Shown here: piece by piece, positions 13,041-25,961 of the stretch
Numbering within the stretch: the first letter of the stretch is position 1
Layout: each line of letters starts with the position of its first letter
Assembly (NCBI GenBank): GCA_051362555.1
Contig: CM120646.1
Location: forward strand, 4,464,001-4,528,000
DNA length: 64,000 bases
From: Lingula anatina
Taxonomy: Eukaryota; Animalia; Brachiopoda
Direction: 5' to 3'
Program-made: the position numbers and the translations under genes
The notes under the pieces: generated by a model
The model's input: the letters and a program-made list of their open reading frames with translations, nothing else
Database searches by the model: none
What the model was told of the DNA's origin: nothing

Positions 13041-15188
13041 ATCTGAGATAATGGTTCAATTTTTCTCAGGGCTGTTGCTATATTATACTGTGATGAATTT
13101 TTAATCCCTGTGATAATGTGCCAAATATTTTAGTCTATTTATACAATAAAGTGTCTTTACTCTGCTATTTAAACTTCTGTTTAATAGCTACTGTTAAATA
13201 GCCTTGTCTCAAATAAAACAAATACTCATGGTAACTTCATATGCCTTCTCTTTTTTTCTTATAGTTTGATAAACATTTTGTATATGGTACTTTTGTGAGA
13301 TCTGTACCCCAGCTAGAGTAGTACATCGTCTTCAAACGGTTTTATTTCGCGTATTTGGGCATCGATGGAGAAAACAAATTTGTTAGATACACGTACTGCA
13401 CCCTACGATATTTCGCAATTTTTCCTCTAAAAACGTGAACGCAACCTTTAAAAATAGTAGCAAAAACAATACTGCCAACTAGACAGATAGTGAGGCAGAG
13501 ATCTGTCACGCATATGTACGTGTACCACCGGCTACACAAAATTCATTTTATTGCAACACAAGAAACAGAAACAGGTGGATAATGGTAGCACGTTTTCTGA
13601 CACTGTCGCAATCACAAAGGGACACAAGTATATTTTAACATTGTTATTGATGTAACAGTGCCCAACAGAATGTTAACTAAGCAATGCTGTGCACAATCAA
13701 GGAGTCTGTTGGAACTCCTTGGCACAACCAACACAATTAATTACTGCTTAATGACTGCAACCGTTACGGATACATAAGGGACAGGGTGCAAAATACCTTT
13801 ACAACATTGTTACGAGTAATGTGCTCTTGACCAAAACAATGGATCATACTTAACTATATCAGATACACACACTATTTTCCATTAAGTGTGCTTCATACCG
13901 GGAAGTATTTGACTTATACGTTATCTTATCCTCAAGTGTTGACTAAGCTTGAGGCGCGGTGTACCTCAAAGCTGTACTCAGACTTCTACTCGACCTTTAG
14001 CAATATCTTTGTCTGCAGATAGCGTGTGAACATGGAGGAGGATTCGAAGTTGAAGAGGCGAATTGTGCCAAGAGGGAGAAAGGGGGGGGGGGGGGGAGAA
14101 TGGGAGGGAAATCAATTCTCGCTTGCGTACAATGGTTCTTGGAGTAAACAATAGATAAATTAATCGACGAAAAAACGACTACAAATGGTAGAAATAAATA
14201 AAGATAGATCATCATATAACGATTGTTCATAGAATGTATTATTATCATTATCATTATTATTCATTGATTTGAAAAATAAAACATTAAAGACATGAAATGC
14301 GAGGCTTCAACACAGAATATATGTATGTGCAGCATACCCATGGGAAAACAGTCACCCTTCATTTTACAACCAGAGAGACCAGGTCCCTATTTTATAACTT
14401 TGCTTCAATCTTAACGACCTTAAGTGCAATTAGATAATCGTGTGATCCTACTCTATGTGACATACAGCGTGAAGTGCCTGTTACCGACACGTTACCAGGT
14501 GAGTAACTATACTTGAATCTTGTTTAAGTTGTTAGGTAGAATGATATAAGCACATAAAATTGCAGCATGTGACGCTGCGCTGCTTGTAACCTTGAAGAAG
14601 GGAGTTGCTACAATGTGCATATCTCAAGAGGATGATAAAGACTGGGCGTCGTAAAATGTTATTGAAGTTATCAGTTTGTCATTAAAAACTTCAGTTGGAT
14701 AAATAAATGCTCATTAGCCAGTTTTCAGACTGTGAATTTAACTTTCACAGCGGTTATTTTCAGATTGCTTAATTTGGATTATCATTTTTTTCATGCCAAG
14801 AATTGTTTAATCATGGTTACACCAAAAATAAATTACTCTTGCACCATTTGGTAATATTGTATTGTACTAATATCAAAATTCCAAAACTATGAGTTCCAAC
14901 CCAATCTCTTTATATGATGCACTTTAAGTTCGATCGACGACAAGATGCTACAATAATGCTTTCAAATTAAAAGATGGGTTGGTACAAGTACCTCGTGAAA
15001 AATCGCACGTTTTCTCCTATAATAAAAAAGAGACCTATTGATAATAGAATTACTCTAGATAGGTTTGAATGTGACATCCTTGAAGCATTTCGTTTTGCAT
15101 GGAATTCCCAAATGACTCTCTTTCAACCAATTTCTATTGAAAGTTTTCCAATTACATGCTATGTATAAGAGCAAGATAGACTAAATTG

Positions 15189-15220
<32 letters not shown>

Positions 15221-15232
15221 TCTAGCAGTATT

Positions 15233-15503
15233 CAGGGCCGTAGCCTGAGCAAAATGCCAGGGGGGGGGGGGGGGCAGTAAGCGGACACGAGGGGGCAAAG
15301 CCCCCTGAGTGGGGAGGTTGTGGGAGGGGGTGTCCCACGGTGTGGAAAAATTTTAAAAACTGTATGTATAATACTGCATTCTGGTGCATTTTAACTGTTA
15401 TTTATTGCTCACTCAGAAGTCAGAAATTGCGATTATTTTTTTTGCACCTCAAATCCCAGGGTGGGCAGCTGCCCCCCCTGCCCCCCCGGAGGCTACGGCC
15501 CTG
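15233..15503. mobile_element. MITE with cagggccgtagc/gctacggccctg termini
   Basis: Perfect 12-bp TIR, flanked by a gtatt duplication; a related element lies at 32839-33005. Confidence 0.8.
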
Positions 15504-16746
15504 GTATTAAACTGATATAAACGCATGTTATATGGCCCAGCTGGACGGTGCAATAAATATTGGAAATTGACATACATGTAGTATGAAGTACAAAAAGGTT
15601 GTTCATTTAAGCACGGAGTCGTACGTCATAGAAAAGCAGTCTCTTAATCAGTTTGAACAAACTTAACAACATAAATTAATATTCAAACAAAGAACAACTT
15701 CAGAAATATCCTTTTGTAAATGTAGCAGGTTCCATTTGTTTAATCATACATTTATATGTTTAAATAGTGATATCACATATAAAGCTGCCAGCATGAAAAG
15801 CCTATCAAACATTTCTAAAAATAAAGAGACATAGATCGAATCAAAATCAAAATCACAATTTTTAATGAAAAGTGGGTGGCTCACGACGAAATACTGTAGT
15901 GGTAATCACGTAATTTATAAACATTAAATGCAGCCATAATGCAGCCTACCCAGCATATGGTAACATCATATTTAATAATCGTGAACTTATTTCTTTATTT
16001 ATATTGCTACACATATCAATGATTCGTTTGGCGAGATTTACAATAAAAAATGCAAATTGTCTCAAGACAAAAATTACAACCTACGAAAAACTAAAAACGA
16101 AGCACACGTCTGGTCCTTATTTTTAGCGAGGGATCATCAGGTACATCTTTGATCAGACGAGTATGTATAGAAAGAGTGATATTCGAATATAGTAGTCTAT
16201 CGACGTGTTTGTCATACAATCACTGTGACCCCAAGTGACCTTAGAAGATCTCGTGACCTAGCTCATTGTGATAGATACAGCGTGGAGCACCTGTTATCTA
16301 CACGTTGCTAGGTTAGTTGCCATGGTTCATATCTTGTTGAAGTTGGTAAATACAGCAATATTTAATATATGCAGATAAACGTATGCTAGCAGTGTGCTAC
16401 CTCAGCTTGGGTCTAGTTTGTATTAACTTATCTGGAGTCGCAGATAATACCCAGTATGAATTGGTACATTAGTATATAAGGAGACTGGAATCGAAGTGTG
16501 GACAGTTGTATCCTGGGCGGAGAGCTTTCCAGCATCTTCTGTTTTCAATATAGGCCTAATGTTATATATTATCTAATCAAAAATAAATAATGAAATAAAA
16601 AATAAATAAAATTAATAAAATAATTTCCTCCAAATTGTGTAAGACCGGCGGTGAAATCTGCTTTAGAAATATTGAGTTTTTACGTTGTTTGTATGCATTT
16701 CCTCTGTCTAAAGAACGTCGGAAATAATATACTTATAATTGCTTCT

Positions 16747-19700
16747 CTAGGAGGCCATCACAGCTGCGTACTCTACTCTGTCGTCGCTGGGGTTTACGGT
16801 TAACGTTTTTGACTTAGCTGATCCTGTTCCTTTAGAGCTGGACGACTTGGGGTTATCATGTAGTGTCAAATCAGCATAGTGGATGTTCTCTACGTTCTTG
16901 TCAAGGGGCTGGAATGACCAAATTCTTATATATACTCTAGAGCACCAAGAGATGTAAAATATGAAAAGTATAAAAGTAGTTGCAGCATAGGGTACTCCTA
17001 TAAAAATAATGAAAAACATACTTATGTACCACGTCTGTCTTCCATAAAAATGTGACCAAGTACATGTTAAAATACATGTGCATGTATGCCTATTGTTACT
17101 CCATATACTCAATTGAAAGTATTTTCATGACGTACACTACTTACGTTGCTCTTCCTCCTGTCATCTATATTCTCTGCGTTCTGTTCAATAGGCTGAAATG
17201 AGATCAACACTTTTTAGTTGTTTTGTAGCGGTATTTTTATCAAATACCACAGACCTATGTTTCACGTCTGTCTTTTTTAAAATGTTACCGAATATCTGTT
17301 AAAATATATGAATGTCGACTGTTAATCCATGTCCTCAATATTTTTTTTCATGAGAGTATCAGAGCCACATTACTTTAGTTGCTCTTCCTCATTTCATCTG
17401 TATTCTCTGCGTTCGTGTTGATAGGCTAAAAATAGGCGACTTTTATAGTGATAAGGAAAAGTGAAGGTGTTCACTTGATTTTTAATTAGATATACAGGAA
17501 TACATGCAAGGCATTTCAAGTAATGATAGTGTTAAAGATATCGAATAATGCTCAACATCAGCATTTACATATAATTAGTTGATTTCTGTGCCTTCCTACA
17601 GGCACCGCTACAACAAGACGAGTTTGTTGTTCACAAGAGGCCTATATGACTTTATTAACATCATATTAAAACAATAAACAGTCCTACTCACATAACTCTT
17701 TCTGTACGTGGCTTTCTTCTGGTCGATATCTGATCAATAAGATATGAAAAAAATCAATAAGTGCCCCAGAATTTGTCGTTCAAACCTTGAACATATATTA
17801 ACACAAAATTTTAAGCTAAACACTGTAAAACAGTGTTTAGCATTTAAATACATACAACACACGTTTAGCACCTGAACGTATTTAGAAATATGTGTAAAAG
17901 CTTAACACGCATAGCTTTTCAGGCTTGTCACAGAAGAAAATGCTAGACACGTTTGGCAGTGTCACACGTTAAGCTATGTGTCTAGCTTCATCGGTATATG
18001 ACACTATAATAGTTTATCACAAGGCTAAGCACATTGGCTAAGAACTTCCCCTGCTAAGCGCGTGGAACTGCTAAACATATGGAGCTGCAATTGAGAAGAG
18101 CCGAGTGTTAGTACAGCTTCGACCTAAATATGGCGGACCCACATGAAAGGAAGACCGCTTAATCCTGTAACGGTCTTTCCACCTCTCACACGCCCCCCCC
18201 CCCCCCTCACGCGTCGTCCCTGCAGGGGTACAGTAATTAAATATCGGCTCGATTAGACTAGTCGAGGGACAACGCGTGGGGAGGCGTGTGAGAGGCGGAG
18301 AGACCATTACAGGATTAAGCAGTCTTGCTTTCATGTATGTCCGCCATCCGATTTGGCTTAACAGCTCCTCTTGTAAATGTGTGGAGATGTTGAAGGCGTG
18401 GAGCATCCTGCTCGAACGCTTTCTTCCTTGCAGTAACATGTGCTTGTTTAAAGTAGGCCCATTAAAGATGCATACAAAGTCATTTTGGCCACAAAAAACA
18501 ACCAAATGCAGGCATATAGTTTCAAACAGTATAATTTAGAGAATTACCAAAAGACATTGTTTAATATTACCTAAAAAATGATATTTGGATGGATTTTTCT
18601 GCTAGCTTACTATCCTGTATATACACGGGGCAGAAAAGTAGGTCACATAAGTAGGTTGAATTTTCTGACCAAAAATTTAAAGAAAAGAGCAGTCTTAAGT
18701 TTTTTTATGGCTGATCAAATGGTTTATTAACTTTATACCTTGGCATGTCGACTTTATTTTAGTCGCAAAAGAATCTAGTAGAAGTGGATTATATGTGTTA
18801 CTGGCAATCAACATTATGGTAACGTTATGGGTGTTTTTAACTCCATGCAAATTATGTCCCAGCCAAGAAAAAAATTATAGTAACGTTATAATTTGTAGAA
18901 AGATTCTAAGACCGTTTCTACAAAATTTTATGATAACGTTATTTTGTGGAGTTTTATCAGCGTTTTTATAACATTCTGGAAACACATATAATGTTTTGAA
19001 AACCTTTTTTTTATAAATAACCAAAACATGTCTTATGCTGTTTGAACTTCAATTAGCGGTTAATTCCAAAATGGGCTTGGGGTAAGTCGGCGACTAGAGC
19101 AGTGCGAATTGTAGAATATTCGGACTATCGGTACCGAAATAACCAGCATGTGATGAAAGCTTAAATAAACTACAGACTTGACATTTAATATGGAAAATTT
19201 TTTCCAAATCATTTTTCATCAGTTTTTTCCTATTTAGCTGACTGATAACTTAAAATAAGAATTAAAATCGTGTTTTCACAACTTTAAATTACCTTTTTGA
19301 TGTCATTGTGACATCAGTTCATTAATGGAATTCGCCAGAGAAGCAAACAAAAACACATTGCCTGTTCTATGTCATACGACAACCATTAAAAGAGATATTT
19401 TGGACCTCCATATTTTCCAAATTATTGTCTGTAAAGGAGTTACACGCTCCACAAAGGACCCTCATGTCAGTGTCTAGTCACAGTAACGGCTGCTATTACG
19501 CATGACCTCTTCTGGCTGCTTACAGCGCTCTCAAGTGGCAACGGATTCCTTGGAATAGGTTTTTAAAGTTCAATCTGGAATAACATTCCAGGCATCGGTC
19601 AAAATCTGTCCAATTTGGTCCAGTTTTGTTGTAGGACACGTAGGCCATTGATTCGGCTAGTAATGCCCTACCCACATATTGTCTATGTGGTTCAAACATG

Positions 19701-21141
19701 GCGGTTTTGATGACCAAGGTAGCTGCTCATTTCCTTGGTTCTGTAAGTAATCTGCTATTAAAACTGCTCTGTAAGAACCGGCAATCTCACCGTGCAACCT
19801 AAAATTATTCCTAAGTTGCCCCCTATCAAATGATAGCCAAATGGTTCCCAGACTATTTCTTTATTTGATCTGGTTCAGGTTTTCGTCGATGACTACCATT
19901 GGTGTTTTGGCACCAATGTGATATCCGATCCAAATACTGACGCTGATAATGACCTTAGTCACTTTAGACGCGGCACACGCTTCGTCGTTGGCCTCTTCTG
20001 GATGTCTGTAAACTCTGTTTTGACTGTTGAGCGGTACAGGTGAAACCTGACCTCAATAAAGAAAGCCACGAGATTTCAGTGTTCAACCCAGAAACAGTCA
20101 AGGTCCCCAATTCATTAGAGAAACATACAACGATGTTTTGCTGTTTACAGTTGGTTCCTTTGAGGTCATCTGGTATTCTTACCTGCTGAAACCAGTTTGG
20201 TGTTCGCTAAGGGTCTTGAAAAGTGCGTTTTGGTGGCAATTTACCCCTCATTCTGAACGGACTGGGTGGCTTTTTTTTAGTTGCACCAGCATATCCCGAA
20301 CGACAGTGGGTCCTATGCCCTGGTGGTAAGATTTCAATACATTGGGTGTGGCCTTTGTGTAGTTACATCAGTCTGGGCATTACTCTATAAAACTGTGCGG
20401 ACCGTTTCGTTTGGCACAATTATCTGTCTGGCAATGCCTGGCTTTTTAGCGCCATTCTGCCACAGATGAACACATTTGTAAATCACTGCATAGCCCACTT
20501 TACACACTGCAAACCCGACCACTTGCATGCAAAATTTCAAATTCTTCTATGCAGTAGTTACCGACATACTTTTTTGACAGAACCATGCTTTGCCAAACCC
20601 AAGCTTTGACAAGCCCAAAGGAGCACTACCCAATTAAATCACTGCATATTACATAATGCAGCAGCGCAACAAACCTGGTATTCAGTTAATTGGTAGCGAC
20701 ACACCTGACTACACACTTCTCCATTCACATATCTTATATGAGATCGGAGTTTGTGAAAAAAGCATTTTCACCTAGGCATATCTTCGAAACTGAAATATTC
20801 CATATTAAATGAGTCTGTATTAAAATGAATACCCCACCAAGATTCTGATGTTCTATTGTTCATTACTTCCGGAAAAAATAAACAGACATCAATTACCGTA
20901 ACGCATATTATCAAAATATGAAAAAAGTGTTTAAAAGTAAAAGTGATAGTTGTTTCGTGTCTTTAGAGAACTAGTGAATTTTCCTAACTTGTGTTTCAGA
21001 AATACATTCCAATAAACTACCTCGCAAGGTCAGCTAACGCAAGGATGAATAAGTCCAGCTGTAAATGTGATGGTGCGATGTTAACGACGTTGACAGTTCA
21101 CGGTACCCTGTTATAGATAGAAGTTAAATGTGACCGTGACT

Positions 21142-21188
<47 letters not shown>

Positions 21189-24100
21189 CCCGCGTGCGTT
21201 TGTGACTAAAACAGTTGGAACCCTAAGCACCTAAAAGTTAAACAAATACACCCTACATTTATTAGGCGTCAAACGCGTCAAAGCGTTTAACATGTTAAGG
21301 AGCTAAACGTGCTTAGGGGCTAAACGCGTCGAAAAAAATGAGACAAAACAGGCGCTTAGAAATGTGTTTAGGAGCTAAACACTGTTTTTACAGTGTACAA
21401 TTTTGGTGGACACTTTAATCTGCCAAAGAGTAAATTACTAACCTGATGTGGAATTCCCTTTGCTATTCTTTTTCACACAAGTGACCGCGACGATGATGAT
21501 GGTAATCAACAGCACCCCTCCCCCGCCTCCGGCGCCGATGGTGATAATAGTCTCTTTGGATAATCCGGCACGTGGTGGGTGTGAGCTACTTGTTATACGG
21601 GCTATAATGAAAAGAATCTTCGTCAATCAGCTGATAGTTTGGGACAGAACGGGTTCATTATAGTTATTCAAACCTTGTTGTACATATACCTGCATAACAA
21701 CAAACACTGTAAAAACCTGCGCTTCGATCGTAATCTTGTGGCCATCTCATTGTGCGACCCTTAAGATACAACCAATTCAATACTAACAACACATCTTTTC
21801 ACTTTCCAAGGCTATCGTCTTTCGTCAAACGTAAGTAAAACGTTATCTCCTGATGAAAGTATTGGTAAAGGACATGTAAGGCCTAACATAGTGAATTATT
21901 GACACTATAATATGCACATTAAAACCTATGGGGACTGTACCATATGTACCTTGCAGTAGGAAATGTTGCACTGATGAACCTACCTTAATGATAGAAAGGA
22001 CACCTTTATGTACGTAACAGAATGATTTTGTTTCTGAAGAATAATGCATTCGGAATCTGATTTATTTTCAGGTTCTTGTTGCTTATAAAGGTATTGCTAT
22101 CTGCAATTAATTCTCCATTCAAATTACAAAGCAGCATATACTGAATATTACAAGAGAACAACCATTGCTACCGTATAGGCGAGCAAAACATATAATTACC
22201 ATTTATTGTACTGACTTTAATACCCGTGCTTGTAATATAGGCCTTCGACGTTGTAAATGATGTTGTTAAAGATCGTGGATCTGTAATGACAATATAATGC
22301 CCTTTTACAAAAAAGAGATTGCGTTTCATATCGCTAACAAAATGGTTTAAGCTGGGACTTTTCCCATGACTATTATTTTCAAATACCATTTACTTTGAAA
22401 ACGTTTATATATTAAATACGAATTTCCTTGAAAAAGATGGTAGTACTTTTACTTTGCTTGCAAAATGTTTGTATGATTATATTGTATGATTATACGGAAA
22501 GAGAACGTCATTGCACAATTTCACGTGATACAATTAACGTGTCTCGAACGCTTTGCGAACATCAATATACCATGCAGACCTATCATTAAGGTGGGTTCAT
22601 CAATACAATATTGGTCAGAAAGGTTGTCCCACCCAAAATTCCACGTGCTTTTATTTACAAATGATCACCTCACAGGAGTAATTTGTTATAAACAGTGCTT
22701 TTATATTCCAGATATCATCACTGAAAGTAATCGGGTTTTGGTGAATCAATGTATTTCTTGTACCCCATCGGTGGCGAATTGAGGGTCCATAGACATGTTG
22801 CAGAATGCCTCTTGGAAAGGTGTGTGCAGGATAACATCGCCTGAATGTCAGATCAGTCCGCATTTGGAGAGCATTCCAATCCCATGGATTAGTACATTGT
22901 TCACTCTGGAACAGAATGCTACTGGGGCATATTCCTGTAACATTCTCTACAAATGTCTCACTCCATTTGAAAGAGATTTCAGGGATGCTGCTGGCTTCAT
23001 CGTATCAACGCACTTGCTCACAGCTTTCGTCTGGGGAGTGATTTGTTTTAGAAACGGAACGTTCTGAGGATGGGACAGCCATCTTTGAGCCCTAACATAA
23101 ACACAATTGAGCACATGTGGCAGGAATTGGAGTGTGAAATGAACAAGAGTACCAATCCCCAAATAATCTGGACCAATTCCGCTAAACTTTTAGGAAGAAT
23201 GGGTCAAAATCACACAAAAGAGAATTGTAACCCTTGTTGAAGGCTTGTCGTGCCGCCTGCCGTAGATAATTTGCAGTGCGCGGTAGACACACACACTGTT
23301 AGACACTTAACCTTTAACGAACGCATCCTAATGCTAATTTTGTGTAAATTTGGTGATAATTGGTGGTGTATCTTTAATTGTATGGAAAATTTACATCTGT
23401 TGAAGTTACAGCAAAACACTGGATTTGAGGGAGTGCATGGTTTAAATGTGAGTAAATGGAATAAATTATGGATATTTTCACCGCTATTTGTATTTTTAAC
23501 CATTTATCATGCAAGATATGGTATCTGGAATAAAAAATACTGTTAATAACAATTAACACCAGTGATTGTTATTAACAGTGTTTTTTATTCCAGATAGTGA
23601 GGTTATCAATTGTAAATAAAAGCACGTGGAAATGGGTGTGGGACAACCTTTTTGACCAATGTTGTATGCTCATTTTCGTATCTGTCAGAAGAAAGGCACT
23701 GATGCCTGTCGGTTTTTTTTTACATTTTGTGCAAACTTGTCATGGTAACAAAATTAATTGTTGTTAAAATAATTAAACAAATTGGACAATTCTTTGTGTT
23801 ATATTCGTATCAAGACAAATCATTCTACAACATACCTTGATTGTTTATAGATTGAAATTGTCGATCCAACCATTTCATAGAAATCTCTTAGCGTAGTGTG
23901 ACGAATTTTGGTATGTATTTTTCTTTAACACATACTAGCACGCACGACTGTACATACCCTTTACTTCAACAATGGTCACTGTAGACAAGGTGATATCTTT
24001 GGCATCGCCTAGGATATTCATGGCACACGTGTAGTTTCCACTGTCAAATATGTTCGCCATTGGAATATTTAGTTGAAAGTTCTGTGAACCACTAGGGTTA

Positions 24101-24612
24101 TACACGTTGTCTGGAGTAATGCTTCTATTAACACACTCCTCTGTCGTCTTATTCACTTTTGCTGACACAACCGTGCACCATGGATTACCATCCTTGAGCC
24201 ATTTAACACTAAAACTCACGGCTGACAAATCTCTTGATGTGCTGAAGTTGCACCACAATGAAAATGGATTCCCAGCGTCCGGGGTGACCTGTTCACTCTG
24301 GCTTATCACTGAAATGACCAAATACATATATGAGCGATGTTTGTAACTTAAATGTTGTTTTTCAAGTCACCACACACAAACGTTGAAGTAGTCAGTCATT
24401 TAATTGGGGAGGAACAAATGAATGTTCCTGTTTGGCAAGGGATGGGACTGTTCTTGATGATGTCTATGATGAACAAAAGATCTGAATACTGGTGTAAATG
24501 GCTTAACAAATAACTATTCAAAAGCGTCAAATATTGTCTGTTCAAAACTAATAAACTTACCCTCAGAGGTAAAATAAAAATATAAAGATACGAGCATTAA
24601 CATCCACCCCAT
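16747..24612 (-). CDS. Gene A1: V-type Ig single-pass receptor with two cytoplasmic ITIMs (~296 aa, apparently intact). Exons 24612-24561, 24308-23958, 22280-22200, 21601-21443, 17729-17692, 17192-17145, 16908-16747
   Basis: All introns are GT-AG with matching phases and the spliced frame is open. Signal peptide MGWMLMLVSLYFYFTSEVIS; Ig with LWC...KWLKDG...DSGNYTC; S/T stalk; TM IITIGAGGGGGVLLITIIIVAVTCV followed by KK; tail IHYADL...VEYAAVMAS*. Confidence 0.85.
18130..18346. repeat. ~215-bp imperfect palindrome/foldback nested in the CACTG element
   Basis: atggcggacccacatgaaaggaagaccgcttaatcctgtaacggtc... pairs with ...gaccattacaggattaagcagtcttgctttcatgtatgtccgccat. Confidence 0.8.
19173..20817 (-). 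mobile_element. Decayed Tc1/mariner transposon (~1.64 kb), nested
   Basis: TA-flanked TIRs cagacttgacatttaatatggaa / ttccatattaaatgagtctg. Minus-strand remnant 'SKPPCLNHIDNMW' resembles the Tc1 SPDLNPIENxW motif. A second copy lies at 54295-55932. Confidence 0.85.
22606..23664. mobile_element. TA-flanked MITE with ~55-bp TIRs in an A1 intron
   Basis: caatattggtcagaaaggttgtccc...tttacaa / ttgtaaa...gggacaacctttttgaccaatgttg; empty site 'aatatgctcattttcg' in A2 at ~50791. Confidence 0.8.
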
Positions 24613-24776
24613 CTTCAATAACTGCCCATGTCAGTGTCAGAGGTTTGTCTGCGAGGCTATCCTACATTTCAAAGTCCGCAAGCTTCTACATATCAAAGCG
24701 GAAGAGACCTTTAACCTACATGTACGATATGATTAAATTTTAGTCGCCAGAAAACGTTCACGCAATATTAGCTGCG
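24613..24776. promoter_or_regulatory. Putative compact bidirectional promoter/5'UTRs between A1 and B1
   Basis: 164 bp lie between the divergent ATGs (24612 and 24777); sequence and spacing are conserved in unit 2. Confidence 0.6.
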
Positions 24777-25961
24777 ATGGATTTTAGTAAGTAACTGTTT
24801 TTAATTTCATGGCACCTGTTAAGGTATGATCAGCTATATAGTTTGGCATCTTTAGAACTAGTGTTATCCTGATGTTTATAATGTGTTATGAAGAGAAATG
24901 GTATTTTGGATAAAAGGTTTTTCATGTGTTAAGATTCACAGCGCTGACTGAAGGACAATGGCTGTGGAAATAGACTTTCAATGAAGTTAACTAAATATCT
25001 TTACCATTTGTATTTTCAGTAACATCTTTGAAGATAAACTCTTGTGATCACATTTTTTCTCTGCTCTTATTCATACATCTAACTGCGTGTCATCTAGACG
25101 GTGAGCTATCTTAAAACTAATGCTAACGTTTTAAATATTAAACGCTTAATTGGTTTAACATTTTTATTGAAAAAATGAAATACTTCTAAATAATAGGCCT
25201 AATACTTTAAATGTTACCAGCTGTTTCTAATTGGTTACTTTGTACAGATGTTACCATACTGCTGCAAAGAATAATTTCAATAAAGTTTGATTTTGAACGA
25301 TACATGTGTGGGTATTTCAGTCAATAGTCAGCTTGCCACAGTTAGTAAAGAGAATACCTTTGTGGCCAACACACCGCTAGTCATGCAGCTAACTGCTGGG
25401 GATCCATTCTCATTGTGGTGCAACTTCAGCACATCGAGAGATTTGTCAGCCTTGAGTTTTAGTGTTAAATGGCTCAAGGATGGTAATCCATGGTGCACGG
25501 TTGTATTAGCAAAAGTGAATAAGACAACAGAGGAGTGTGTTAAAAGAGGCATAACTCCAAACAACGTGTACAATCCTAGTGGTACACAGAACTTTCAACT
25601 CAATATTCCAAAGGTTAACATATCTGACAGTGGAAACTACACTTGTGCCATGAATATTCTGGGGGATGCCAAGGACATCACCTTGTCTACAGTGACTATT
25701 GTCTTCTTAAGGGATACAAAGGAAGGTATGCTCTGAATGCTTAATGCTCTGAATACAGCGAGTTTTGTGATAGTTACTTATTTATTACATATTTATATTA
25801 CTAATGTTTGCTTCACAAATATTTTCATACTTTTTTACAATTATTATAAAACATTTGCCACGTCTCTTTCAGTATAATGCCACTGCATTTCAATTCTTAA
25901 ATTATTTTCAACAGAATTGCCATGTGTAAAACATGTTGACCTCCTTTCAGATATATTTACT

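Larger units (their letters stand above)
17821..21395. mobile_element. CACTG-ended (CMC/EnSpm-like) non-autonomous DNA transposon in an A1 intron
   Basis: TIR cactgtaaaacagtgtttagc / gctaaacactgtttttacagtg. The paralogous A2 intron is empty at ~49750 (agctacaattttggtggacac). Confidence 0.8.

Noticed and set aside
23935-25736. V-type Ig exons as rearranging V gene segments (RAG-type)
   Set aside because: I saw no heptamer/nonamer signals or J segments; each Ig domain is a complete exon with its G strand and a normal splice donor.
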